NCBI GenBank assembly: GCA_963781885.1
Contig: CAWAHW010000006.1
Location: 1-64,000 of the forward strand
Reading direction: 5' to 3'
DNA: 64,000 nt
Origin: an uncultured Spirochaetota bacterium
GTDB lineage: Bacteria; Spirochaetota; Spirochaetia; SZUA-6; Fen-1364
The number at the start of each line of letters is the position of its first letter. Within the stretch, counting starts at the first letter, position 1. Shown here in pieces: positions 43,015 through 53,820 of this stretch. Both the position numbers and the translations under genes were made by a program. Under the pieces are notes generated by a model that did no database searches, had not been told where the DNA came from, and saw only the letters and a list, made by a program, of their open reading frames with translations.

Positions 43015-43325
43015 TTGACCCGGTAGGTCCCCGTTTGCCTTTCACGACATCCTGAATACACTTGCCGAACGGCATATTACGCAAATTTCAGCCAACCTAA
43101 CATAGAGTTGACCAGCGCCGCCGCATCATCCAGCCCTACATTGACGATTAGGAAGACGTTGGGTCTATCCAGACAAATTCCTAGGCGACTGGTCCAACGA
43201 TTTGTTATACCCATCTTTGACCCAGATGCAACATCGCTATCCGGGGTTCAATGATACCCTAGGTACCGAGGAGAAAGACAGAGCCGACGCTTGACGGGTA
43301 CATACCATGCGTGGTATATTCCAGC

Positions 43326-43679
43326 ATGGCCTACAAAGTCAGACTCCTGCGGCCGGCGGCGGAATTCTTGGACGGTTTGCCTGACCGTCTGAGGGCAAAG
43401 GCCGGCCGAGCGATTGTACTGCTGCGCGAGTTTGGACCTTCCCTTAGGGAGCCCCATTCGAAGAAGGTGTCAGATTGGCCTGGCCTATTTGAGCTGAGAG
43501 TGATACTTGGTCGTGATGCGTGTCGGTTCTTCTACTTTTGGCACAAACAGCAGCTTTACGTCGTGACCTCAGGCTATCTTAAGAAAGGCATGAAATTGGA
43601 GCGAAAGGAGCTTGAAAAGGCTTCGGCGCTCATGAAGCGGTACATGGAGAGTACGGGAGGAAGCGATGAAGGCAATTGA
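43326..43679 (+). CDS. RelE/ParE-like (Gp49) toxin
   Basis: GPSLREPHSK..LFELR; TTGACG-18-TATATT lies 5 nt upstream. Confidence 0.85.
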   Translation: MAYKVRLLRPAAEFLDGLPDRLRAKAGRAIVLLREFGPSLREPHSKKVSDWPGLFELRVILGRDACRFFYFWHKQQLYVVTSGYLKKGMKLERKELEKASALMKRYMESTGGSDEGN

Positions 43680-44025
43680 TTTCGACAGATATCTTGAGAC
43701 TCAGATGAAAAATCCTGAGTTTAGGAAGGCCTACGAAGAGCTGGAAGACAAGTACGAGCTTGCGAAGCAGATCATCCGTTTCCGAATAGATCGCAACCTT
43801 ACCCAGGCACAACTGGCCCGTTTGGTAGGAACTTCTCAGCCGGCCATCGCGCGGTTGGAGTCCGGCAATCATAGGAATCTGACGCTGGCATTCCTCTTCA
43901 GGATTGCCAAGGCCCTTGATTTACGAGCCGAGTTGAAGTTCCTTCCGCTTAAGCCCCCGCCGCTGGCCCGTACGCGGGGAGGGCGCAAAAGCTTACGATC
44001 GTCGGCTGCCGCGAGAGCAATGTGA
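43666..44025 (+). CDS. Xre/HTH antitoxin
   Basis: LTQAQLARLVGTSQPAIARLESG helix-turn-helix. Confidence 0.88.
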   Translation: MKAIDFDRYLETQMKNPEFRKAYEELEDKYELAKQIIRFRIDRNLTQAQLARLVGTSQPAIARLESGNHRNLTLAFLFRIAKALDLRAELKFLPLKPPPLARTRGGRKSLRSSAAARAM

Positions 44026-44184
44026 GTCCAGTGGTCCATAGATGGGTATAACATAGAGTTGAGCACCCGGCCCGCATCAGAGCAAGACATTGTGTATTGG
44101 GACAGCGGCGACTGAATCAAGCCAAATTCTTGCCCGGAGTGCTCCAACGATTTGTTATGCCGTCCTCTTTTCTTACCCCAAATA

Positions 44185-44586
44185 CTATTCCCTTTTCCTT
44201 CTTTTGGAGCCAAGGTTTCTGAGGATATCTGAGATTTCGGTTTTGGTAGCTTTGCCTTGTGCCACTTTCATCATCATAGAATATAGAGATTCATTTGGAT
44301 CCTCTATCTGAATCCCATTCAAGTCTAGGAATACCAAAGCCGTCGCTAAGGCAGTCCGCTTGTTTCCATCTATGAAAGGATGGTTTTGGCAAATGTGGAA
44401 CGCGTAAGCCGCCGCTTGATCGTAGCGATCCGCATGCAGCAGCTTTCCTTCGAAGGTCGTAATTGGCATTGCCAGGGCGGAGCTAAGCAATGCGGCATCT
44501 CGCAGGCCGTAGCGACCCCCATACTGTTGAATTTGATCTTGAAGGATCAATAGTACCTCGGTCATGGTCAAGAAGCGGGGATTCAA
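44185..44586 (-). CDS. doc: Doc/Fic-family toxin
   Basis: HPFIDGNKRTA motif. Confidence 0.92.
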   Translation of the reverse strand: MNPRFLTMTEVLLILQDQIQQYGGRYGLRDAALLSSALAMPITTFEGKLLHADRYDQAAAYAFHICQNHPFIDGNKRTALATALVFLDLNGIQIEDPNESLYSMMMKVAQGKATKTEISDILRNLGSKRRKRE

Positions 44587-44589
44587 GTT

Positions 44590-44817
44590 CTACTGCCCCA
44601 GTTTTTTAAGCACGGAACCGTGTCTCTTATTTATTCTGTCCAGACTGTCCAAAAGAGTAGACTCGGCGTCTGGAACATCCTGAGGAGAAATGATGATGTT
44701 GCGGCCGTCGGTAGTAATCTCCAAAAGAGTATCCATTTTAATTTTGAGCAGATCGAGAAGTGCTTTGTCGAGCACGACGGCGGCGCTGTTCCCGTGCTGG
44801 ATGAGTTTCTTTGTCAT
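44590..44817 (-). CDS. AbrB-like antitoxin
   Basis: KLIQHGNSAAVVL; TTGACT-18-TACAAT lies 6 nt upstream. Confidence 0.85.
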   Translation of the reverse strand: MTKKLIQHGNSAAVVLDKALLDLLKIKMDTLLEITTDGRNIIISPQDVPDAESTLLDSLDRINKRHGSVLKKLGQ

Positions 44818-45034
44818 GAATCTATTGTATACACGGGGTGTATCCTCAGTCAAGTCCAAGCGCCGACTATCATTAACTATAGGGAAGACGGCAAAAGGTC
44901 GCCTATAAGAACCCATTTCTTGGGACGGCATAACATAGAGTTCAGCACCCGGCCCGCATCAGATTGCACTACGCCGATTTGCACCGAAAGCGGGTCTATT
45001 CAAGGAAATTCAGCCTGGAGTGCTGCAACGACTT

Positions 45035-45383
45035 GTTATGTTCAAGGCAGAATGGACTTGTAGTCTACGCTACGCAGAAGTCAATTCCTTTGGCCAGAAT
45101 TGCGTCCGTAGGTTTTGCCAAGAGCGGCGTTGCCACGGTCTGCGGGGATTGGGCAACAGGTACGGGCGCAAAGCTGAATGCGGCTCTGTCTCCCGCTGCA
45201 TCCGGACTGAACGGAAGAGAAGAAATACTTGATCGTCCAGGCTTCGGACACCGGAAAGAAAAAGTCTTTCGGACCAGAGGCCGCGATGTTTCAGAAGTCC
45301 AAATGAACCTAACCTCTTGAAGACTCTTTAGCTATCCAAAGATTCTGGAAGAAGGTGAAAGTTCAATTTCCTTAGAACATAAC
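45035..45383. other. ORF-less cassette family 1 copy 2
   Basis: Homolog of 11744-12091. Confidence 0.85.
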
Positions 45384-45497
45384 ATAGAGTTGAGCACCCG
45401 GCCCGCATCAGACAAAGACCACAAAGACCTGCTCCGGAATTGGGTCTGATGGACCAAATTCTTGCCCGGAGTGCTCCAACGATTTGTTAGGCAGGCC

Positions 45498-46559
45498 TCA
45501 CCAAAATGGAACACAGTGGCAACCAAGACAGCCACGCGATAGTGGAAACAATCTGAGGTCCCCGTTAGTGAAAGTACAGTAGTGGAAGTCAGAAATCGAC
45601 TTGTAGATAGGCGCAAGGTGTTCAATCAAATCTTTCCCTGTCGAGCTCACAACGTCCACGGAGTGAATTGCCCTTAGGTCTTGGTGCCAGTGTGTCCCAT
45701 GATGCGGCGATACTAGGATCAAGAAGTTGGTCCGATCCCTTTTGTTTAATTCCTGAACCACTTGCTGTATCTCCTTGGAATCAAGATCACCTAAAAAGAG
45801 CAATCTATTGTCCTCATGAAACGCCAGGCTAATGTGGTTGGCGGCTCTTTGCAGTGAGTCATTTGCCTTCGTCACTGCAGGACGCAGCTCTTTTCGACCC
45901 TTCGCAGACCACTTCTGGATGGTGCCAACAGGTTCGTACTCTTTGAACCCGTCCGCTTCCTCAAGCGAAGCGGACACATACCCGTCTAGGTCAAGGCGAT
46001 CGTGGATTTCAGCAAGCTCTGGGTCAGCACGTTTCGCATCGCCGAAATCGGCGATAGCGTGTTCTACGGCAGCTACGAAGTCAGCGTCTTGGTATTCGCT
46101 TGGCGGCCACAGAACCTCAAGCTTAACTCCTTCCACCATGACACTTTCGCCGGCGGAGAGTGCTCGGTACTTTGGTTTCCTGCCTGTGACCTGAAAGAGT
46201 AGTTCCAGAAGTTCCGCCTCCCTACTTCCAGTCATCTGTCCCATCAGAAAGCAGTTCATAGCAAATAGACAGCTCAAATACTCACGTCTTTGGGGAAAAC
46301 TGGGAACCCGAGGGAAACACACGACGCGAAGGCCATCCCATTCGTGGTTACTCGTTCGCAACGCGTACAGCAAGCCGTTATAGTGGTCGTAGTGAAAGTG
46401 CGAAAGCACGAACGCCTCTGGGTTCACTTCCCTCGGGCCTCGGTTGAACGCTGTCTCCGGCCTGTCCGCGCCGCAGTCGATTTGGATGTGGCTATGTTGA
46501 ACAGTAAGAATCCTCGCTGAAAGCCCACTGCCAACGTCGGGAACACTTAGCGCTATCAC
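45498..46559 (-). CDS. MBL-fold metallo-hydrolase (ComEC/Rec2-like)
   Basis: IDCG, SHFHYDH, FLGD and PHHG motifs. Confidence 0.85.
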   Translation of the reverse strand: MIALSVPDVGSGLSARILTVQHSHIQIDCGADRPETAFNRGPREVNPEAFVLSHFHYDHYNGLLYALRTSNHEWDGLRVVCFPRVPSFPQRREYLSCLFAMNCFLMGQMTGSREAELLELLFQVTGRKPKYRALSAGESVMVEGVKLEVLWPPSEYQDADFVAAVEHAIADFGDAKRADPELAEIHDRLDLDGYVSASLEEADGFKEYEPVGTIQKWSAKGRKELRPAVTKANDSLQRAANHISLAFHEDNRLLFLGDLDSKEIQQVVQELNKRDRTNFLILVSPHHGTHWHQDLRAIHSVDVVSSTGKDLIEHLAPIYKSISDFHYCTFTNGDLRLFPLSRGCLGCHCVPFW

Positions 46560-46807
46560 TTGCTATCTCCTTTGTTGCACTTAACATATTCTGGCCTGCC
46601 TAACATAGAGTTCAGTACCCGGCCCGCATCAGAACGGCACCACACCGATTTGCACCGGCACTGGGTCTCTCCAACAAGATTCTAGCCCGGAGTACTGCAA
46701 CGACTTGTTATGTCCATCTTCTCTAGGACGTCACAACTTCGATATCAAATGCTCATTTCTCCTATCCGGTTGCTTCAGCGACCTAGTTGCGACTCAAAGG
46801 GTCTATT

Positions 46808-47212
46808 TCAAGAGCCTTCCTGAGTGGCATGAGAACGGTTTGCTTTGGCCTCCTGCAGTCGATAAAATAGTAGGCCCAAAAGCAGAAGGGCAGGCAGCCC
46901 TACCGCGCAAAGCCAGCCAGCAGCGATAGTGGGCCAAGTCGTTGCGTTTTTGAAGGCGTAGATGCCGATCGCCAATGAACCTCCGGATAGCAGAATGGCG
47001 ATGATCCAACTTATGCGCTTCTTCCAAGCGTAGGTTGCAGGAAAGGCCACGGCGCCCCCGAAGATAAAGGACGGTATCCCAATGACGAGAATGACGGCGC
47101 TGGGAAAGCCGAAAATGCTAGTTGGATGGATAAACACATCAATTCCCACCGCAATGGAGACTAACGAAGCAATCCCGGCTACGATGATCATTCTGGCATT
47201 TCTGCTTTCCAT
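46808..47212 (-). CDS. Hypothetical 4-TM membrane protein
   Basis: Hydrophobic ORF with AGGAGG RBS. Confidence 0.72.
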   Translation of the reverse strand: MESRNARMIIVAGIASLVSIAVGIDVFIHPTSIFGFPSAVILVIGIPSFIFGGAVAFPATYAWKKRISWIIAILLSGGSLAIGIYAFKNATTWPTIAAGWLCAVGLPALLLLGLLFYRLQEAKANRSHATQEGS

Positions 47213-47517
47213 ATCTCAGCCTCCTTCGGTAGTTAAGCAATAGGAGTCAAGTTCTGCAAGCTCTGCCTTCTGTGGCACCTTATCCAAGCGATTGTGGGTT
47301 GGTACCTATCACGATCTTTTGATGGACATAACATAGAGTTGAGCACCCGGCCCGCATCAAAGGGCAGATTGTGTACAAGAACATTGCCGACCGATTCAAG
47401 CCAAATTCTTGCCCGGAGTGCTCCAACGATTTGTTATCTGGTTTCACTCTTTCTACATTTTGCTAGGCAGAAATACGAGCCAATTCTCTCTTGTTATTTG
47501 CCATAAGATTCCCTTTT

Positions 47518-47991
47518 TCAATTGATATCTCCGTGATAAATAGGGATAGAACTATTTCTAATGTCTTTGAAATACTTCCTCATAGCTAACGGATAGAGTC
47601 TGTGATCCTCAAGCTGGTCCAGCTCAAGCCATGCAACTCCATTTTGGCCTTTATCAGGCACGGCACCGATGCCGGGTACCTCTCCAGTACGTAGTTTGCA
47701 TTCAAACATAAACTCGATTTGATGGGCATCATAATCAATATTCTTGAATTCATGGTTGCCGGAAAAGTACTCACGAATGAATCTAAGAGGTCCTATTTCA
47801 ACATGTACATTCACTTCCTCGAGACATTCGCGAATCAGGGCTTCTTCTAACGTCTCATGGGGTTCCTGTCCGCCTCCTGGAAGGAGGTACCAATCACCTT
47901 CATCGTCTTTGGCACGCATCACCAGAATCCGGCCGCTGTCGATAATTATGGCCTTTGCGGAGTTTCTAATTGTTGTAGCCCTTCCGCTCAT
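47518..47991 (-). CDS. NUDIX hydrolase
   Basis: PGGGQEPHETLEEALIRECLEE Nudix box. Confidence 0.92.
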   Translation of the reverse strand: MSGRATTIRNSAKAIIIDSGRILVMRAKDDEGDWYLLPGGGQEPHETLEEALIRECLEEVNVHVEIGPLRFIREYFSGNHEFKNIDYDAHQIEFMFECKLRTGEVPGIGAVPDKGQNGVAWLELDQLEDHRLYPLAMRKYFKDIRNSSIPIYHGDIN

Positions 47992-48205
47992 TCTCTCTCC
48001 CCCCGCCCACTAGTGCCGGCCTCAGCCGTACGAAAGTTCTGCCCACTGTACGCCGCGTAGACGCTTTTTGTCACCACGATTTTGAAACCAGATAACATAG
48101 AGTTGACCAGCGCCGCCGCATCATCCAGCCCCACCCCGACGATTAGGAAGACGTTGGGTCTAAACAGAGTACATCCCAGGCGACTGGTCCAACGATTTGT
48201 TAGGT

Positions 48206-49021
48206 TCAAGATCTTGCCATGAAATCAATTGTCCGCGCGTACATTTCATTCATTTTTCTATCTTTGGAGAGCAGTCCATCATAATAAGTAGCATAGGCGA
48301 TGTACGTCATATCATCAACGTCGTTTTGAAGCTTCTCAATCGGCAAATTCGCATATCCTCCTTTTGCGATCCACCTCATCGCAAGCAAGTAGCCAGCTAG
48401 GGAGAATCTGAAAAGGTAATTGTCCTTCACCAGGCGTGCATCTTTCAGAAAGAACCCGTGCCCTTTCATGAGGCGTGCGATTGTAATCAATATATGCTTG
48501 AGCATCCTTTCGTAAAGCGCTTGGCTGTATCCGGCATCTGCGCGTAACTCCCTCAATTCGTCCGGCGGAAAGGCCTCACTGAATTCACCAATCGCCTTAA
48601 GTATCAGCTTTGTGGATTCCATTCGTTTCTGAATAAAATCATGTGCTTCGCGCCCCATCCGCTCGATCTGAGCGAGTTCAGGCGACAGCCGTTTAGGATC
48701 GATGCGGTAGATCTGTCCGCAAAAAGCGCTAAAGTTGGCGGTTTGTTTCCAGTCAATGAGAAGGCGCCGGAGCCGTTTGTTTCCGCGTTGCGTCAACCTT
48801 GCGACGGTCTGCGTCTTCTTGAGTATGACAACTTGCTGTGGATACTTCGAGATGATCTCCAAGGAGCGCTGAAGGTTTGTTATGGCGTTACCTTTGTACA
48901 TCTCCATTGCTGCATCGTCTGGGAACACCGCGAAGTTTCCGGCTGAAAGAAAGTTGTGGAGAGCCGGATTTGGTTCCCTGAGGAAGTTCTGGTCAACCAC
49001 TTTATAAGTTAATGCGCTCAC
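48206..49021 (-). CDS. Hypothetical protein, possibly PIN-like
   Basis: VVDQNFL at the N-terminus and D..D..Y..LLSKD near the C-terminus. Confidence 0.6.
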   Translation of the reverse strand: MSALTYKVVDQNFLREPNPALHNFLSAGNFAVFPDDAAMEMYKGNAITNLQRSLEIISKYPQQVVILKKTQTVARLTQRGNKRLRRLLIDWKQTANFSAFCGQIYRIDPKRLSPELAQIERMGREAHDFIQKRMESTKLILKAIGEFSEAFPPDELRELRADAGYSQALYERMLKHILITIARLMKGHGFFLKDARLVKDNYLFRFSLAGYLLAMRWIAKGGYANLPIEKLQNDVDDMTYIAYATYYDGLLSKDRKMNEMYARTIDFMARS

Positions 49022-49151
49022 TTCGGCAAACCTACATTCTTGAACCTAACATATAGTTGAGCACCCGGCCCGCATCAGAGCCGCATCACCTCGATTTGCT
49101 CCGGAATTGAGCCTATCCAGGAAAATTGAGTCCGGAGTGCTCCAACGTGTT

Positions 49152-49408
49152 GTTAGATTCAAGAAATCTTTTCAACCGAAGCAAGGCGGACATTGTGAAC
49201 GAGCGTGAACATCTCCAGAGCACAGGCATCTGCTGTAGACACGTATTTAGGCAGCAACTGAACTTACGGCGGATGGTCTAGTGAAGTGCAAGTCTGCTGT
49301 AGCGTTGCCATTAGCCATAGAATTCCAGAAACTTGAGAAAAGCGACGGTTGCACTTTGGAAAAGGAACGAGTGAAAAAGACAACTTCTAATTGAAGATTG
49401 AATCTAAC
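49152..49408. other. ORF-less cassette family 2 copy 1
   Basis: ~255 bp; homolog at 52456-52711 carries the same variant attC. Confidence 0.8.
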
Positions 49409-49544
49409 ATAGAGTTGACCAGCGCCGCCGCATTATCAAGCCGCACACCGACGATTAGGATAAAGTTGGGTCTAAGCAGATAAAATCCTAGGCGACTGGT
49501 CCAACGATTTGTTATGCATTCAACCTTCTGGCTGTCAGTCATCA

Positions 49545-50070
49545 CTATTCTCTTGCTGAAATTCTATTTCCTTCCGTTGCCGGCTCAATCTGCGTTCTCA
49601 AGGCCGCGAGGCGTTCCTTTGCTGTTCCGGTTTCACGTAGGCCAAGACCCTTTCTCATCTGACCGCCAAAGCTGTAATTGTTGTTGACGCTTCCGTTCAG
49701 CGGCGTTGCTTCCTCGTCGGAGAGTATTACTACTTCAGTTTGGCTCATAATCTCATGGATGACTGCTTGGGAGACAACATTGGCACGGGTCTTGGCCTTC
49801 AATAGTTCATTGAAAGTGGCTTCTATAGGCCATAGGTGCTCATACATTACCTTCGCTGGTTCCTTTTGATATTGAATCCAGGCTCTCTTGGTAAAGCGAA
49901 AGTATCTTTTGTACAGGTCGAACGCCTTATAAGGCTCCTGGCTATCCATGTCGAATTTCCGGATAGTGTCTTATCAGAGTTTTTATGGTGACTTTGAATG
50001 CTGGCTTTGACAGAAGAAGCAACCTTTCGCACAGACTCTGATACGGTGTAATGGACGAAGAGGCAGTTTC
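49545..50070 (-). pseudogene. Degraded copy of the 32662-33228 gene
   Basis: ~30 bp deletion near 50012 and a 1-bp insertion near 49957 relative to copy 1. Confidence 0.7.
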
Positions 50071-50345
50071 CAAATGGCGTTCTCCTTGCAAGTTGAATCA
50101 AGCAAGTCAGGTTAGCAGGATTCAACGCCTCCTTAAAGGGGAAGAAAAGCGATGTAGTCTACGTGAAAAATTGCAGCCTTTTAGCAAAAAGCGTCACCTG
50201 CTACATTCTTGAATGCATAACATAGAGTTGAGCACCCGGCCCGAATCAGAACAAAACCACAAAGATTGGCTCCGGAAGCGGGTCTATTGCACCAAATTCA
50301 GCCTGGAGTGCTCCAACGATTTGTTAGATCCGCGTCTTTTTGAGG

Positions 50346-50687
50346 TCAAAGAGCAAACATTTCCTGGAGAACATTTAGAGTTTTTTCTAGAATGGGATTG
50401 GGTAGACGACCCAGCGGTCTTATTAGGCGGATCCTATCTACGGTTCTAATCTGATCAAGCACAATGTGTCCGGTTTTTCCTTTGAATCGACACTCAACAC
50501 GGAAAGGGTAAGAATAGCTGCCTGTGGTCATTGGTGCCACGACAAAAGTACGCAGATGTTGATTCAATTCGTCTGGCGATACTACAACACATGGTCTGGC
50601 CTTTTTGATTTCCTGGCCTTTTGTGGGGTCTAAGCTTACGAGCACAACGTCGCCACGCTTGATCTCCGTTGATTCTACCATTGCCAT
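50346..50687 (-). CDS. mazF: PemK/MazF-family toxin (copy 2)
   Basis: Paralog of 28951-29292. Confidence 0.92.
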   Translation of the reverse strand: MAMVESTEIKRGDVVLVSLDPTKGQEIKKARPCVVVSPDELNQHLRTFVVAPMTTGSYSYPFRVECRFKGKTGHIVLDQIRTVDRIRLIRPLGRLPNPILEKTLNVLQEMFAL

Positions 50688-50923
50688 TCAGTCTCATCAA
50701 AAATGGTTGAGTTGCTGTTGTCAATCAAGACATCACCGTTTCGATCATCTAGTAGCTTTGCTGAGTCAGCCCAGTCGCTTCGCGGCTTCAGGTTTGAGGT
50801 AATGATTATAGAGCCCTCTTTAACGTGGATATCTACGTCATCATTGAGTCCGGCTTCCTCGATCATTGGCTTCGGTAGTCTTACGCCGCGGGAGTTGCCA
50901 ATTTGTACAAGCCTAGCTTTCAT
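50675..50923 (-). CDS. mazE: AbrB/MazE antitoxin (copy 2)
   Basis: Paralog of 29280-29528. Confidence 0.9.
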   Translation of the reverse strand: MKARLVQIGNSRGVRLPKPMIEEAGLNDDVDIHVKEGSIIITSNLKPRSDWADSAKLLDDRNGDVLIDNSNSTIFDETEWQW

Positions 50924-51192
50924 AGAAAATGCCTCCAGATGGTAATTACATTATATATACCGAGAAGGCAATTTGTCAAGCCTGCAAAAGAACGTGTACT
51001 AGCTATGACGGTACGCCTACTCTCCAATTCATTTGTGTACTGAAGATGGCAGCTTCTACTAAAGAGACAAACCGTTCTTGAGCGGATCTAACATAGAGTT
51101 CAGCACCCGGCCCGCATCAGATTGCACTACGCCGATTTGCACCGAAAGCGGGTCTATTCAAGGAAATTCAGCCTGGAGTGCTGCAACGATTT

Positions 51193-51541
51193 GTTATGTT
51201 CAAGGCAGAATGGACTTGTAGTCTACGCTACGCAGAAGTCAATTCCTTTGGCCAGAATTGCGTCCGTAGGTTTTGCCAAGAGCGGCGTTGCCACGGTCTG
51301 CGGGGATTGGGCAACAGGTACGGGCGCAAAGCTGAGTGCGGCTCTGTCTCCCGCTGCATCCGGACTGAACGGAAGAGAAGAAATACTTGATCGTCCAGGC
51401 TTGGGACACCGGAAAGAAAAAGTCTTTCGGACCAGAGGCCGCGATGTTTCAGAAGTCCAAATGAACCTAACCTCTTGAAGACTCTTTAGCTATCCAAAGA
51501 TTCTGGAAGAAGGTGAAAGTTCAATTTCCTTAGAACATAAC
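51193..51541. other. ORF-less cassette family 1 copy 3
   Basis: Near-identical to 45035-45383, including the attC. Confidence 0.85.
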
Positions 51542-51669
51542 ATAGAGTTCAGCACCCGGCCCGCATCAGAACAGCACCACTCCGATTGGCACCGGCCGCG
51601 GGTCTATTGGAGCAGATTCTGCCTGGAGTGCTGCAACGACTTGTTATGTTCCCCATGCTTTGGATAGAG

Positions 51670-51975
51670 TCATTTCCGATAGGAATCCTTCCGATTCTCG
51701 AAAGCAAGGATGTAGATGTACTTCTTCTCCGGATCAACAGTATAGAATAGGCGATAGTCTCCTATCCGATACCTGAATATTGACTTCAATTCCCCTTTGA
51801 GTCGCTTGATGTTTGGTCCGAAATACGGATTGCCGCGGAGTCGCGGGTAGACATCTTCAATCAGCTTCTTATAGTACCGTTTGTTGGTCGGAGTTTCTAT
51901 CCGCTTTCGAAAGGTAGCGGTTTCGGCTATTTGGAACTCACTGGACGAGGCGATAACCACCTCGCTTAATATCAT
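51670..51975 (-). CDS. RelE/ParE-family toxin (start uncertain)
   Basis: NIKRLKG..FRYRIGDYRLFY motif. Confidence 0.88.
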   Translation of the reverse strand: MILSEVVIASSSEFQIAETATFRKRIETPTNKRYYKKLIEDVYPRLRGNPYFGPNIKRLKGELKSIFRYRIGDYRLFYTVDPEKKYIYILAFENRKDSYRK

Positions 51976-52180
51976 CCATTGCCTTGGAGAGGGTCTGAAT
52001 GAGTTCCTTGTCTTCGGAAATGCCTTTCATCTCATCGTTGTCAACAAAGTTGCTTTGCTCCACATAAGACATGGTTGCATATTCCATAAAGTTCGATATG
52101 GTTCTCCGCTCTGATTCGGCGGCGGACTTAATCCTCTTGTAGGTCGCATCATCAATACGCACAGTAACGGTCTTTGCCAT
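51938..52180 (-). CDS. RHH antitoxin
   Basis: TVTVRIDD..RTISNF; upstream TTGACA-17-TACTAT. Confidence 0.85.
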   Translation of the reverse strand: MAKTVTVRIDDATYKRIKSAAESERRTISNFMEYATMSYVEQSNFVDNDEMKGISEDKELIQTLSKAMDDIKRGGYRLVQ

Positions 52181-52455
52181 TTGGGTCAGCCTCCGAGAGC
52201 AATAGTATTCTATTGTGTTCAGAATGTCAATTGGCTATTCAATCGAGCTGGCACCCCAGGGTCGGAATGTGGCATTGAGCGGCATGCCGTCCTACTGGCA
52301 CTCGATACGGCGCCTTGGAGTTTTTCGAAATTTGACTCCTCTGGGGAACATAACATATAGTTGAGCACCCGGCCCGCATCAGAGCCGCATGAGCACGATT
52401 TGCTCCGGAATTGAGCCTATCCAGGAAAATTGAGTCCGGAGTGCTCCAACGTGTT

Positions 52456-52711
52456 GTTAGATTCAAGAAATCTTTTCAGCCGATGCAAGGCGGACATTGT
52501 GCATGAGCGTGAACATCTCCAGAGCACAGGCATCTGCTGTAGACACGTATTTAGGCAGCAACTGAACTTACGGCAGATGGTCTATTGAAGTGCAAGCCTG
52601 CTATAGCATTGCGATCAACCATGGAATTCCAGAATCTCAGCAAGGCGGCGGTGGTTCTTTGAATCAGGAATGTGCGAAAAAGACAACTTCTAATTGAAGA
52701 TTGAATCTAAC
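52456..52711. other. ORF-less cassette family 2 copy 2
   Basis: Homolog of 49152-49408. Confidence 0.8.
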
Positions 52712-52907
52712 ATAGAGTTGACCAGCGCCGCCGCATCAACCAGCCCCACCCGACGATTAGGGCAACGTTGGGTCTATCCAGACAAAATCTCAGGCGACTG
52801 GTCCAACGATTTGTTAGGCGTTTTCTTTCCGTCTTTGCTTAAATAGTGGGATGCAGCGCTTGCGTTCTATCAGCCGGTTTGTGATTTCCCTCCTATGCTG
52901 ACGCAGA

Positions 52908-53552
52908 TCAGTTCTGATTCTGTTCGGAATTGTTTTGATATAGCTTTTGATCAGAGTTTTGAGGTGTCTTCTCTGAGCGTACGGTAACTTCAATCCTTAT
53001 TGCTTCGGCGGCGCACCATAGCGGAACGTATTCAAATTGGTGGAACTGATGAGGTTCGCTTTCTGAATCATTGTATTCAAAAATGTATCTCCATGATTGG
53101 AACAGATCCTTTGATCTTTCCAGAAGATCCGGAAGCGACATAGAAGAAGCGTAATCATTCCATTCTGGCTCAGTTGGAGAGCCTTTTGAAACGGTAATGC
53201 TTACCCGACCGTTAAGCAGACGCGCCTGTTCCGGTAAAAACACCTTATAAGAGTTTTCGATATAGGCTCTTATTGAAATAGGTACCAGCTCGTACAAGGC
53301 TTTGAGATCATGCACTTTAGGAATAGGGATATTTTCTCTGAGAAGCAATGCCTTTGTGAATAGTTCAATTGCGAATCCCAAATTTGTTGCGCAAGCAACA
53401 AGATCCGCTAATTCTTTTGACATCTCTGTTGAGGGAGATTCTTTCAACGCACCGATGCTATGGATAAACTTCTCGGCTAACCTTTGGAATGCTTCCCCGC
53501 AAGCCAGAGCCGACTGAGCACTGAAATCCTTTGCAATCGATAGCTTGCCCAT
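52908..53552 (-). CDS. HEPN-domain-like protein
   Basis: FAIELFTKALL..HDLKALY and WRY motifs. Confidence 0.65.
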   Translation of the reverse strand: MGKLSIAKDFSAQSALACGEAFQRLAEKFIHSIGALKESPSTEMSKELADLVACATNLGFAIELFTKALLLRENIPIPKVHDLKALYELVPISIRAYIENSYKVFLPEQARLLNGRVSITVSKGSPTEPEWNDYASSMSLPDLLERSKDLFQSWRYIFEYNDSESEPHQFHQFEYVPLWCAAEAIRIEVTVRSEKTPQNSDQKLYQNNSEQNQN

Positions 53553-53820
53553 GCTTTTGTCCTCATAACTCAGGGAATGACGGCATTGCGTCCTGATGAA
53601 GGCTTGAAAACGCCTAACATAGAGTTCAGTACCCGGCCCGCATCAGAACCAAGGCACACCGATCAGCGCAGGAATTGGGTCTTTCCTACGAATTCACGCC
53701 GGAGTACTGCAACGACTTGTTATGACCACTCTCGTCTATCAGTTGAATGCGCCCGAGCCAAGGATGGCGAGGGCGTGTTTGCCGGCCTCATACCCCTGTA
53801 ACGATCCCTAGTCTTGGATT

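Noticed and set aside
49247-49318. 23 aa minus-strand ORF ending ...SVAA (ssrA-tag-like) in family 2 cassettes
   Set aside because: It is open in both copies, but 6 of 8 differences are non-synonymous, and no tRNA-like tmRNA ends were seen.
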